Below, one piece after another: positions 48,422 to 61,280 of a stretch of 64,000 bases of DNA (position 1 is the stretch's first letter; every line of letters begins with the position of its first letter). Below the pieces are notes generated by a model, which did not search any database, was not told the DNA's origin, and was given only the letters and a program-made list of their open reading frames with translations. Source of the DNA: Sphaerodactylus townsendi (Eukaryota). The position numbers and the translations under genes were made by a program. Where the stretch lies: contig NC_059426.1 in NCBI RefSeq assembly GCF_021028975.2, positions 51,832,001 to 51,896,000 of the forward strand. The letters run 5' to 3'.

Positions 48422-51400
48422 TTCACTTAAACAATGCTATTAAAACATAAACCCACATTACTTTGATGCTTTTAGTTGGGAAGGAGAGGCTCCTAGGAAA
48501 CCTGAATGGACCTCCTTATACAGGAAGTATATGAATGTTTCATAAGCTCTCATCTCTTTCAGTCCATCTATGTTTGTTTAATTTTGGCCTCTGTTGGATG
48601 CTTCAGTTTATCTACCCTTAGTTGAAACGTACTTTAAATATTATGACATTACTGCCTCGTTGGTGGCCCATTTAAGTTAGAACTTTTTTTTGCTGTGGAT
48701 TTATTCCCTTAGTGTAGCAGCAGAACTTTCACCCACACAACCAAGGGGGAAAATCCTAAAGTTGTGTTGCTATCCTATTCATAGCTACTTTGGAGGAATA
48801 ACCTTTGAATTTTGTGAAACTTATTTATGAATAATTTGCATAGGATCAAATTGCACAATTGTCATTATTTAGGAAACCGTTCTTTAATATGATCAGATGG
48901 ACAGTGACAAGATTAATTTTTTCTTCCATTAGTTGCCGATCTCATTTCTTTGGCATATTTATTTCATGTGCTGCAGAAACCCTTTAAAAATTATTGCTAT
49001 TTGTGCAAGATTGATTTTGTGTAAGGCAATATTTGTTAAAGTAATTTGTTGTGCAGAAGAGGTCTATCTTGGTGGAATTAATTAAGTAATTATAATTAAT
49101 TAGAATGTATAAGGTATAATTATACACTCCAGTCCTGTGCTTGGATATAAGGACTTTGTGTATAAACTGGACTTGGTGTGCTATTCATTCAATTATATAG
49201 GTCCCTAACAATTCCTAACTTGGCTATATCCTTTTTCAATACCTCTGCACACCTACTTGACATTTTGATCAAGCTATCCACTACAATGCCAAATTCTCAT
49301 TCTTTTCATTTGAAGCTATTGAATGTTGGAGAGGGACAATGCTGCTGCTGCACTGCCTTGCTGCCTCCAGAAGGCTTTTTGGCAGTATGGGGAGGGGAAA
49401 AAGACAGTAGAACCTTCCCACTGCCAGAAAACCCTCTATAAGGCTGCATGGACCTCTGCAACCCTGTTGGAGTCCAGGACCAAGGTGCATTCAGAGCGAA
49501 AGTCAGGGTGGAAGCCGACTACCATCAGTTTCTCCACTGGCCACACCTTTGGAATGTTCCTGCTATGCCAGTGGGGGCACGGGTGGTGCTAGGATGCTGG
49601 GGCAGTGCTCAGTGCTACATTGGGGCATTTTGGGAAGTTACGGCGGTTGCCCACTAGTGGATTTGCTGCTCCCCCAGGGTCAGTGTGCCAGGAAGAGCAT
49701 TTCTGCTGGTGTAGAGCTGCATCACCTCCACAACCCACTTCATCCTCCCTTCATTACTTACTCTGGAGTAAGAATGACAAAGATACTACAAACTCACTCA
49801 GGAACCAACCAGGACAGCACCTGTAAGAATGAGAGCCAAGCATCACACACAGTGATAAATGTTAGTTTTCTAAAAAGGAAAGAAATGTTCTTGACCAAAT
49901 TATTGATGGCACAGGGGTCAGATCATATCCAGGGAAAGTGGAAGCCATCTCTCAAATGGTTCACACTGTCAGCAATGTACTTAGGCTCATGGGCATGATA
50001 ACACACTTAGGAAATTTCCTACCCTATTAGACAGAGGAGTCAAAACCACTAAGAGTTCTTTAAATCCACAGGAGGCGAACAAAAAATAGCTTTCAGTCAC
50101 ATAAAAAGGGACTGAAGTACAGCTCCACTTTTAACTCTGTATAACCTAAATAAAGCTATCAAAGTTCCAGCAAATTTTTCATCATATGGAATACGGACAA
50201 TCATTATCCAGGTATAATCTCCATCATGCTGGCACCCTATGGCTTGTGTCTTGTAGACATTGATTCCTCCTGAACTGCTGTATGACAAAATAGAAAAAAA
50301 AATTCCTGGTGACTTGTAAGCATTTTCAGTGATTTTTTTTTTTCATGAAAGACATTCCATGTAAAAGCTGACCACCAATCCTTACTTGCTTGACTGTACT
50401 GCGAAAATCTGGACGAACTACCTTGAAGAATGCAATGCTGGATTAAACTAATGAGGTTTGACTTCACAGTTTCAAATTTACCAGCAGGTCCCTAGCTAGC
50501 CATAATGAGAACTTAAAAAATGATGGCACATGAAAACAAAATAAGGCACTAAAGAGAAAGAGAGACCAAATCTATATCAGTTTTTTGAAAAGTTTTATCA
50601 CATCAGTTCTCTTTGCTTGGTTTTACAGCTCTGAGAGGGTGTGTCAGATTTAGGTCAATTTTATAATATTAAATGATACCATAGTGAATAGGGGAAATTC
50701 ACTTATAATCAGAAAGAAGCCAGTGGGATCACTTAAAAGCAACTCATCAAAAGCCAAAAAAATCAACAAGTGTTTAAGTTTGAGTCTATCTCGAAGCTTG
50801 AGGCCCAGGTCCAAATTGCATTCCCTCTGGCCCTCCCTCTGATTGGCCTTGTGTAGCAGGGGATAGTCTTGCTATAATGGATACACTTTCCATGGCCACA
50901 ATCCCAGACACCCTACCATCAATATGTGTGCAGGATGGGTTTTTTTATTTTTAGATGTAATCCTAACTATAACAAAAGCCTGCTGGGGCTAAAATTGATG
51001 CAAGAGGCAGTCGAAAGGTTACTATGCTTCAATGTGAACAAAGTTGGACACTGCAGTTAAAATCAGACACATCATCCTTCCCATAAGGAACTCTATCTGG
51101 GGATTTCAGTTCAACACTTAAAAGAAATAGTCCAATAGTTTGCCACTGAACAGACCTGGACTGGTTATCCCTACTTCACTGCAGCATGACATACTTGAAA
51201 AATTAAACGAAGGACATAATAAAATACAAGGGGAGAGAGACAGAGCATGCAAAATATTCTGTGATGGCCAAGTATGAACGAACAGGTCCACCAGTTAGTC
51301 AGACAATGCAATACCTGTCCCCACATTCAAGAAAATCCACCAGATTCACTTAAACCCTCTGTCTTTCTAAATTTAACTTTGGAAAAAATTTTGGACCTGA

Positions 51401-51501
51401 TCTTTTCTGACCGAAACTCACTGAGCTGTCCATTACAGTATCAGGACCAGTTATCAATAAAGTCAAGATCATTCATTCAGATAGTTTTCCATACGAAAAA
51501 C

Positions 51502-51634
51502 TTCAGAAGCGGTTTGCCATTGCCTGCCTCCACCTCATAACCCTGGTATTCCTTGGAGTTGTCCCACCCAAGTACTAACCAGGGTCACCCTTGCTTTGCT
51601 TCTGAGATCTGATGAGATCAGGCTAGCCTGGAGC
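51502..51634 (-). mobile_element. 5S rRNA-derived SINE
   Basis: cccacccaagtactaaccagggtcacccttgctttgcttctgagatctgatgagatc is the reverse complement of the 5S box A-C region. Confidence 0.8.
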
Positions 51635-51767
51635 TGACTGTGTCTTGGTAAAAGATTTGGGCGAAAGACCAACTGTTCTTCTGTTTTAAGAAACGGAAAT
51701 GAGGAAATCTCTTCATTCAGTCTCCACCCAGGGAACAAAAGGTCAGGGAAAACAAGCAATTAATAAA

Positions 51768-51878
51768 GAAGGCTTTCACAGCCAGATTCAACTGGTTCTG
51801 GTGGGTTTTCCAGGCTGTGTGGCTATGGTCTGGTTACCAGACCACAGCCACACAGCCCAGAAAACCCACCAGAACCAA
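51768..51878. mobile_element. Third Penelope-derived inverted-repeat insert, lacking the hammerhead core
   Basis: gaaggctttcac start as at 46159; arms ggttctggtgggtttt / aaaacccaccagaacc; 13-bp TSD CAATTAATAAAGA. Confidence 0.75.
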
Positions 51879-52950
51879 TTAATAAAGATGTTTCAATAAC
51901 TATATGTGCACAACCCTCAATTATTCTGGCCAACTGCAGCAGAAAGGGAAGGCATCAATTTGAGGGAGCTTGATTTGAGGGAACCCCTCACAGGTATGTG
52001 GAGGGTTCAAAATAGGAAGATGTTGCAAACTAGAATTTTCCCTTTCAGTATGTATGATATAGAAAAGTGGCTTTCAAATTGTTGGCTGAATTTCAGTTAA
52101 GGTATGTTTTAAAGGAGTGCATAATCCATTAGTCAGCATTGGAGAAGAGAGCCTTGAGTGTGATTTGAGGGAGCTGCTAATGCCTCTGTTGCCCAAATCA
52201 AAGAGAAACCATTGAATGCTCAGTGAGCAGAAGGAGGCATCCCTGAGTAGCATAAATGGTAAGAACAGTTCTTGCATGTCTTTAAGTGAACACTTTGTTT
52301 TCTTTGCTTTATGAGGCAGAACCTGTTAAGGTTTGCCTTTAGCCTTTCTGAAGGGTGCTGAAGAGTTGTACTTGCAAAGGTTGCAAAGTATACTGGGTAT
52401 CTCAAATATGCATGCAGTTGTTAATTATATCAAATTTATTACAAACCACATTAACTTTGGAAAAAATACTCTCTTGGATATTTTTCTTTCCTTGACGCAA
52501 CTTTATTATTACCTGGCAAGCCATAAGGGACACTGTTGTTCCTTGACTTGAACCTTCCCCAATTCTCTGCTTGGAAGAATTTCAGAAAGGAATTTATGAG
52601 GCAAGGGTTCTGCTTGGTTACATGAGCACACCTCATAGAGGCAGGGGAGTCTCCCACCTCCTTGTCAACATGCTTGGCAATATAGCTTACAAATAATAAA
52701 ACACTGAAGATGTCATTGATGGAAGATCAGGCCCCTCCCCTCCACATGAAGAGATTTCCAGATAGTGAAAAACTATCATCAGCATTCCTGAGAGACTATA
52801 TAACATTTTGAGATCTACAAGATGGAAAGTAATAGTAGTTAAACAGGGCAGAATAATCCGTGATGCTCACTTTCACAGGATGTTACACTATTCAGTATGG
52901 GGAAAATATTTTTGTTAATTGTATTCGTGTTGATTCTTTCTGCCTTAGAA

Positions 52951-53250
52951 GAGAAGAAGAAGAGTTTGGATTTATATCCCCCCTTTCTCTCCTGCAGGAG
53001 ACTCAAAGGGGTTTACAATCTCCTTGCCCTTCCCCCATCACAACAAACACCCTGTGAGGTAGGTGGGGCTGAGAGAGCTCCAAGAAGCTGTGACTAGCCC
53101 AAGGTCACCCAGCTGGTGTGTGTGGGAGTGTACGGGTTAATCTGAATTCCCCAGATAAGCCTCCACAGCTCAGGCGGCAGAGTGGGGAATCAAACCCAGT
53201 TCCTCCAGATTAGATACATGAGCTCTTAACCTCCTACGCCACTGCTGCTC
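52951..53250 (-). mobile_element. Young tRNA-derived SINE (Squam3/MIR-related)
   Basis: Near-identical to 18139-18435; TSD CTTAGAA. Confidence 0.9.
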
Positions 53251-53280
53251 CTTAGAAAGAGGACTGTTGTGTTTGCTACA

Positions 53281-53578
53281 AGAAGAAGAGGAGTTGGATT
53301 TATATCCCCCCTTTCTCTCCTGTAGGAGACTCAAAGGAGCTGACAATCTCCTTTCCCTTCCCCCCTCACAACAAACAATATGTGAGGTAGGTGGGGCTGA
53401 GAGATCTCCGAAGAGCTGTGACTTGCCCAAGGTCACCAGCTGGTGTTTGTTGGAGCATACAGGCTAATCTGAATTCCCCAGATAAGCCTCCACAGCTCAA
53501 GTGGCAGAGCAGGGAATCAAACCTGGTCCCTCCAGATTAGAGTGCACCTGCTCTTAACCACTGCGCCACTGCTGCTTC
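53281..53578 (-). mobile_element. Young tRNA-derived SINE (Squam3/MIR-related), 30 bp from the previous copy
   Basis: Same family; head variant gagtgcacctgctcttaaccact closely matches the 17097 copy. Confidence 0.9.
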
Positions 53579-53659
53579 CAGTTGGCATAGTAGGCAGTGG
53601 TACAAAAGAAGGCTAGAAGTAGGAAGGTTAAATCCAGACTCTATGGGCCACTCCCCACT

Positions 53660-54310
53660 CCCCATAAGCCGCGGGGTCACCTCTTTAAAAGACACGAGGA
53701 GGATGGACGTTCCCCACATCACCAGTGCCCACTGCGCAGCTGCCCTTAATTTGCTGCTCTCCCACCTCCTTGTCGCGCGGCAAATTAGGTTCTCTGAAAA
53801 GAGCAACATTTTCAAAACCCCCGCAGGTGCCGCAGGGGGATGGGGAACCTCGGCTGTTTACGCGCGGCTGATTCGCTCTGACGCGCAGCTTCCGGCCAAT
53901 CAGGAAACAGGAACCGCCATTTTGTTTAGGGAGGGTATTCCCGTCAGAAAGTGCTCGGAAATTGAGACGTGTGCACAACAAGACGTGCCAACATTGCTCT
54001 TTTTTTGCTCTTTTTTTGCTCGGGTTCCACTGTTTTGCAGCTTGGCAAAGTGCTGCTGAGCACAGGGTTGTCGGCGGTGTAAACCGAAACTGCTATTTAC
54101 TTTCATTTTTCTGCCCAAGCAATTTGCAACAGGTAGTGACGTCAGCATGTGCAGACGTCTTAAAACAATGCGTTCAGCTTATCCAAACAAACTTTTCGGG
54201 TCAGCCAATCAAAATGGAGCCCCGCCTTCGGCTGGCTGCAACTCCCACATGTAAATGATGCACACACGTGCCAGCCAATCAGAACGCTCGATTGCCTCTT
54301 TGACTCGTGA
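53660..54310 (+). promoter_or_regulatory. CpG-island promoter (promoter 2)
   Basis: High CpG density in non-repeat DNA; three RGCCAATCA boxes (53896, 54205, 54275); YY1 CCGCCATTTTG at 53914-53924; CRE TGACGTCA at 54137-54144; E-box CACGTG at 54265-54270. Confidence 0.85.
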
Positions 54311-54426
54311 TGTGGAACCCCGCGCTATTTCCTGAATGGAAAATGAGTGGGGAACAAATGTCTCCGTTGTCAAAAGCCACGGAGGCTTTTCTACAAGGGG
54401 TCGCTGCGGGGTTGCACTCAGACAAG
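54310..54426 (+). other. Putative alternative first exon; start approximate
   Basis: Consensus donor AAG|GTAAGT (GT at 54427) about 150 bp downstream of the last CCAAT box, at the edge of the CpG island. Confidence 0.65.
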
Positions 54427-55393
54427 GTAAGTGGGGAGTGGCCCTATGTCAACTGTGTGCCAGACATATGGATTGTATTGAACTGCCTGCTGGAGAATGA
54501 AATATGTTAGCAGCATTATTACAGCTGGACCAGTCTAACAGTGCAATTCTATGGTGAATTACTCCTGTTTAAGCCCATTGAAGACAATGAATTTAACTTT
54601 TCATAGGATTTCACTGTAAATCAGCAATTTGCTACTAATTGAGTACCTCTTCCCAGAGGTATCTTTCCCCCTGTTTCCAATTTAATGACAGATGACTAGA
54701 GACATCTTTCCTTTGGGATCAGCCTTGCATGGAATTATGTTTTCAGTAGATCTCAGAAAAAGCAAAGTTCAGTACCAGATCAGCTTCAGGTTTACTACAA
54801 CTGAGTTGCATTTAGATGACTGCCACTCTTCCCAAACTTCCTGACAACAACTGACTGTGAATATAGATGAGTTCTTGTTAGTACCAGGTAACATCTTACT
54901 TTTCAAGCAAAGAAATCTGAGACCAGGCAGAGCAATAATGTTTCAGTTCAGTGAAGCTCACAGTTCTGATGGCTGGATTGGGAACTAAAGTAGTAGTATA
55001 ATAGGAAATCCATTTATACCTGTAAGATAACTTATCACCTTTATAGCACACTTCATCTTGAAAGTGTTCCCTGAACATTATTAAGAACCAACACTAGGCT
55101 TCTTCATCACAGACTGAGTGAACTTCAGTCACACAAGAACAGATATACAACAGTAGCACAGTTATAGGTATACAATGATAATTCTTGGAAATAAGGAACG
55201 CAGTATCGACTTACTGAAACATGTCTTCTCTTTCCCACAAGCCAGAGTAGTTTGTAGATAGTTTGAGATGCTTCAACATTTTAAATATTGGCTAGATTAA
55301 AAAAAGAAAATCATCAGTCCAATCATATGGTATGCCATGCAAAGCAAAAAATAAAGTGGAGAAGATCAGTTTGAAAACTTTTTGACTAACGTA

Positions 55394-55930
55394 GGCCTTT
55401 GCTGCATAAGTTTCCAGAATGCTTTCAGTCCCCGAATTTACTATGACGTTTGTTGATACTCGCTTTCTCCAAAATGTTTCATGGCTACCACAAATGAGTT
55501 AGGTTTTTGTGCTTATTTGTTAAAATAGTGCTTCATGGATTCATTGTTTTGGTTCTCTGTACCTCTGTTTAATAGATGCTTCAGTGATTCCACCAAAACA
55601 GTCGAAAAATACACAAGAACGAGTGAAAATAGAGGGGAGGAGGATGAGGGATGTGAAAAAATGGTGCAAGGAAAAAGTTGGGGAATGACACAGCGGCATG
55701 GAAAACAGCCAGTGGGAAAGATAAAATATTTTCAATATGACTTCACTAGGAGGAAAGCCAGTTGGGAAACATTGCTGCAGAAAAATACACTGTCCAGGGG
55801 TTTTCAAAAACAACAGAAAAAAACGGTTTTGGAAACATTTCAAAAACCAAAGGTGGGAAAAAATGCAAAACTCCACAGAGGAGACGTTTTATGCACAACT
55901 TGAAAAGGTGTGAGTTGTGCGGAAAAGGCC
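55394..55930. mobile_element. PIF/Harbinger-like non-autonomous element (older)
   Basis: Ends GGCCTTTGCTGCAT / GTGCGGAAAAGGCC; flanks GTA/TTA. Confidence 0.65.
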
Positions 55931-56129
55931 TTAGTGTTGCAAGTAGAAAATACAACTGTCTCCTAAGAGTGGCTACTGTCACAACTGAGCTTCAAGCAGT
56001 TTTTGGGGGAGGAAGTTGCAGCACTAATTTTCATCCAAGTACAGAGGGACCTTCAACCCATCACAAAATCCCACAGTTCAAATAATTGCAGAGATTGGTG
56101 TAGAAGTGACCCTGTGGGTGTGGGCTAAG

Positions 56130-56450
56130 TCCCATTAAGTCACTTCCTGGTGACTCTATGGATTAAAGACATCCCAAATGGCCTACTGTTAATAGCCTTG
56201 ATCAGGTTTTTCAGACTGAGGATGTGTTTTCCTTTATTGCATCAATTCATCTCATGTTGAGTTATCTCCTTTTCCTGCTGCCTTCAACTTTTCCTTGCCT
56301 TATTGTATTTTCCAGAGAGTCCTCTCATAATGTGACCAAATTGCAATGTCCTCAGGTTAGTCATTTTAGGTTCTAGGAGGAGTTCAGGCTTGATTAGATG
56401 ATGAACCTACTTGATTGTCTTTTTGGTGGTCCATGGTATCCATAAAAATG
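56130..56450 (-). mobile_element. RTE-clade LINE 3' fragment
   Basis: Minus strand translates as IPWTTKKT...IKPELSLEPKMTNLR..QFGHIMR...GKVEGSRKR. Confidence 0.85.
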
Positions 56451-59039
56451 CTGTTCCATAGTTAGATCATGACATACATTAATCGTGTGAATTTCTACTT
56501 GCCTATGGCAAGTAAAAATCCCTTTCAAAGTGCTGAATGTTTTAAGTTAGAAAGTAGCTGGTTCTTTTCGATCTAAGTTTCAAATCCTCAATAACTGACA
56601 GACATTGTTATGTGTGGTCAAGAAAAATGTGAGCTTATAACTTTTTTCACAGATGAAGTATTTATTTTGATCAGAAATGGTCCCTACCCACTGTAAATAC
56701 ACCACAAAATGTGACAGGAATATATGGCTATTGCTTTTCACGTTATTAACAGGCTATGAAATAGCTTTTACTACTATGAGTAGCAGGAAAGCAGCACATG
56801 TTTTGTAGATATACATAGTATATCCTTGGTATAGGTTCATTGGCTCAATGAAAAGCTTTCCACTCCTTCAAGCAGTACCACAGAAATGACAACTACTAAA
56901 TTAATTTCTGAAGTTGAATTTGACATGTCATCCTCTTGTTTTTCTATCCTGGCCGAGCATGAATGTTTGGTTTGGAAACTGTCTGGTTGGAGTTTATCAG
57001 AACTGGAGTTCCTCCGTGTTATGATATCAACAGTAATGATATTAGTATACACAGCACTGTTTTCTATATGTTCCCCTTGCAGTAACCTGAGAAACTTTTA
57101 CTTGAAAAGATCATCTTCTGGTAACTGCAGATTTTATGTGACATCATTCCAAGACCTCAAGCTTTTCTGCATGGACAGCTTACCATAGATTTTTCCAGTG
57201 GTCAAACTTAGTGTTTTTCTATGAAATCATTCCACACACCTCCTTTGTTCCCATTATTTTGAATTCCTTCCACTTATCTCTTCAGTTACATTTATTCTAC
57301 ATGTTGCTGCTGAAAACATATTATTCCTAATGGTGATGGGCTGTTGTTCATGATGCAGAAGAACAACTCTCCCCCTTTTTTTCTTTTGCCCAGGTGCTCT
57401 AGTGTTACTGTGCAGTTAATTTTGGAGCCGCAATTAAAAATGTCTCATCCTCTGTTTCTGCTAGCAACTTAAAATGGAAACCAAAACAACTTGAGCAAGT
57501 TTCATTACCTGAAGGAACAGAAACACATAGTCCACCCCCTCGCAAATAACTACATTTTCCCACCAAATGTGGTCTGTAGTAAGGTCAGATCATTATTGTA
57601 GCAGTTCTCAGTTACATGCAGTGATTACAACTAGTACTTTTTACAGTTGCCCCAGCATCTCAGTTTCCTGTTGCCAATTCAGTCTCTCCTGCTCCTTTCT
57701 ATCTTTGCCTGAATGTTATCATTGCAAATTCTATGTGATGTTGACAAAGCAGATCTAGTCACCTCAGCTTCTCTGTATCTCTGCCAGAACTTTAACATTG
57801 CAAGTTCTATGTGAAATTGACAATGCTGATCCAATTGCCTCTGCTTCTTTGTATCTCTGCCTCAGCATTATACCACTAGTTCAATATGTCAGAGAGAAAA
57901 ATCCTTTTGAAAATGGAAGAGGAAAGGGAAGGAAAACATCACTGAAGGGGAATTTGGACAACTACAGGGGGCATGGATAAGGGCCACATTATTAGTGGGT
58001 CAGAGAAATAAAGACAATTTCAATATGATTGTACGCTCAAGGAAATTGGCTTGGATATGAATTGGAAGAAAAAATCCTGGTTAACGTGCTTGAGAAAACA
58101 GTGGAGGAAAAATGAAGAGAAAACCTTTACAGAACCAAACATAGGGAAAAAACCGTGCAGAATTCAGAGGGGGGAAAGTAGCATTTGAGGGGCAAGAGTA
58201 AGCGACTTGTGCATCAGGAGAAGGTCCCAGGGACAAGGAAACAGAGGGTGCACTTGGACACTGTTCATTTTCCCCCAGCACACACTTCAGTTTCCCTAAA
58301 GCCTCAGTTGAAATTGTTTTACTTGTTTCACATTTATGTAGCTATCTATTCTCCCATCACAGTCCTGAGAGAGAAAGGTCAGTACTTCCCTTATTCTATG
58401 GGCTACCACAAGCTGAATGTCCATCTTTATCACTTGCTGCTGGATCCTGATCCTTTTTGCTGAGTTATTGTCCCTGGTTTTCAACAGGTCTTCCTTCCAT
58501 GTCAGTGTGTTTAGTCTTGCTATATAGATCTGTTTTTCTTTATAGCCATCTTCTTAAGGAGGTATCAAATTATTTTATTAACTCTGGCTATGAGACATTT
58601 AGCCTGCAAGTGTTTGTTTGAGCCACTTAAAAAGTTCTGCTGTGTACATGATACCTACAAAACCCTGACAGGTTTTTTTCTCTCCTTCCACAGCAGGATC
58701 GAGAGGGCTATATTAAATTTCAGGCCAATACTGACATCTGCTCTAAGTTCACATAAGCATCTATATAATATTTATATACACATAGTCATACTTGAAGCAT
58801 GCAGTGGTAAATGCTGCATTTAAAATTCTTTGAAAATATATAATATCTTTTGCTAGGATCCTTTATTTCTTTCGTTTTGTAAACTGGCAAGGATTCTGCT
58901 TCTCATGGAAACTTGGCATATTGGTCCAAAGGAAAGCATAGTTTAGATAATCACAAGTATTTACATATGTATAAGTGAAATTCCTACTTAGCTTGCTGAT
59001 TGTGCTTCGGGGGAGACAGTTGTGCCTCCCCACCCCTCT

Positions 59040-59272
59040 GTAGTTCCTCCCCCCCCTTTTGACAGCCAGTTAATAAAGACTCAACAATAAGCAGCTGCTT
59101 GTGATGTCATTTGGGACTCTGTCCACAGAGCTTGTATTTACAAGTAGAGAGCAGGAGAAAACGAACTGGCAGCAAACTTCATGTCTGCAGTTACAGTAGG
59201 ACTTTCAGCAGTGCTCTTGATGAACTTTAAAAGCTAACTCTGTATTCCTCGGCACAGCTTTTTTAAGGCTTG
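59040..59272 (+). promoter_or_regulatory. Candidate tissue-specific promoter or enhancer
   Basis: Repeat-free; HNF1-like GTTAATAAAGAC (59069-59080), AACAAT, CAGCTG (59092-59097), CRE-like TGATGTCA (59102-59109); weak donor TTG|GTAAAT at 59273. Confidence 0.3.
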
Positions 59273-60432
59273 GTAAATAAACACAGCATACACTCAAGAG
59301 ACTTCTGGACTGCAGTAAACTTTCTTATGGTTTGGATTTGCCTAGTATTGGAGCATTTTAGAAAAAACCAGAGCAACAACAAGTAAGGGGCTATTCTGCT
59401 TGTTTTCCCCCCTCTACTAACACTATAATCAGATTTGCAGAGCTTGCTTTCTTTTAACATTTCTGTATTTCTGTTTTAGCATCACCATTTAGGTTTTGCT
59501 TTTAATTACATCAGCAAGTGTGCTGCCACTAGGCAGAATTACAGCAAGTCATTCAAATATGCTTTATTCCTTTTCTCATAAAATAGGAACGTTGGGGATT
59601 CTGGCTTTTCTGCTGGGGTTTTTATGATGATGTTAAGCACTTTCCTTTTTCAGTTTAATAGTTTGAGCTGTGTACAGTTTTTAATATCATTCTGAGTTTT
59701 TTGACATCAACCAAGTGAAGAACATTAACATTCCTGTCCTTGTGATTTCTGTGTTGAAGCTGAGATGATATTATAATTTATAATGTTGCTTATAAATGAC
59801 AATGATTGCATGAATCAATCCTGATAACACACACATTTTGGAAAAGTTAGCAATATAAAAATTTAGATATCTTTATTTCATTGTGTAAACCTCTGCTGGA
59901 AATCTTGTCTCTTCTGATACCAATACCTGAAGTTGTATCAGAGCTACAAACTCTGTAAAGTGAGAAAGAATGAAGGGGGGGGGGGGTGTACATTATTTAT
60001 TCTTTCATTTGTAATACACTTTTATGAGGCTGATGACTTCTTACTTTACATACCAGAAGTGTCCTTTAAAACAATGAATGACAGATTCTCATCATCCTTT
60101 CTCATGAATGTCCTGTGGTAGATTTTCAAAGGACCTTATGATCAAAACCTGGAATATGATAATGAATAAATTGCTCCTTCACAACCAGTTGTATCTTCTT
60201 TGATAAATGTGTTCGTAGGATACACTTGGAAGATGAATTCTGTACATTCCTTCCAGCGATTGACTATTTAGTGGTTGTGCTGAGGCTTGATGACTAGTAT
60301 ATTATTCAAACCAAAAGCTGTTCCTTGAGGTTTCTTGTCCTCCTATCAGAAATAATTAAATTGATATAAAATTCGTAAGTTTAATAAAGGCTTGAATTTT
60401 TCCATTTTTCTCTCTATTACTTTTATTTTCAG

Positions 60433-60514
60433 AATACTGATATGACATATTTCCTATTCTGCAAATCTCTAATCACTAAGAATATTAGCTACAAGGGTAT
60501 GAATGGAGGTCAAG
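60433..60514 (+). other. Candidate internal non-coding exon
   Basis: Long pyrimidine tract ending TTTTCAG at 60432; possible donors AGG|GTATGA (60497) or AAG|GTAAAG (60515). Confidence 0.3.
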
Positions 60515-61280
60515 GTAAAGGAACTGCTGTTTTGGACACGTTTCAAACTATGCCTCCCTACCTTCAGACCACTATATCCTTAAGGGCAGATATACTTCTG
60601 ATCATTATCAGATATTCAAGAAGTAACCTCAAATTAAACCATAGAAAAAGGATATCTCACCCTGTCAAAAATTTGAATTTTGCTTTAGCTGTTCGCCTCC
60701 CTCTTCTGAAAAGGTCTTACATTTCTGTCCCTATTGAATACTGGACAACGCCAGTTCCCAAGAAACTGCTGGGGAGGGGCACAATAACAATAGGTCTGAT
60801 GAACCACCAGAACTTTGCTGACTGCCACCTACCATCAGTACAGGAGATGTTTGCTATCACTCGCTGGGAATGTTCCACAGCCAGGGCTACCAAGAAAGGG
60901 CCTGCAAAATTTCAGGTGCCTGTATGTATCAGGTTCTCTAAATTCCCATTAAATAAATGTTTCTAGCCCTTTCTGCTTTGTAAATATGCTTTCCCGTTTA
61001 TTTTTCGACAACTGCAGGAGGCAGAGACTTGCTTTTCAAATGAATGTCAGGAAGCTGGTATATAAATATATTATATTATTATGCTGATATAATATGTATT
61101 CTAGTACCAATTAAAAACAAAATGAAAGGCTCCTGTGGTGGTAGGCAGGAGGAAATGGTCGCTGTGGGGAAGATTTCAGGTAAAATCCAGTGGACTCTGC
61201 TAATAGGCCCATAGAGGATACAGCTGACTTTACATTGTTTTGAGCTTACATTTTTTTTGTTTCAGGTAAGTTGAAATATT

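Noticed and set aside
50097-50300. Minus-strand coding exon after a good acceptor-like tract
   Set aside because: No recognisable protein in any frame, no convincing donor and no partner exons.
51541-51620. 5S rRNA gene
   Set aside because: Partial, diverged and fused to a SINE body.
53490-53578. tRNA gene (also at the other SINE heads)
   Set aside because: A and B boxes are present, but they are heads of repeated SINEs with no clean cloverleaf.
10260-54426. Assigning a gene symbol to the host gene
   Set aside because: No coding exon lies in the window and I do not reliably recognise the leader exons; any name would be a guess.
56837-57188. Opposing ORFs of 71 and 100 aa as coding exons
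   Set aside because: No motif recognised and no splice-supported chain.
60442-60966. 174-aa ORF
   Set aside because: No recognisable domain or protein-like composition; plausible by chance in 64 kb. A BLASTP search would settle it.
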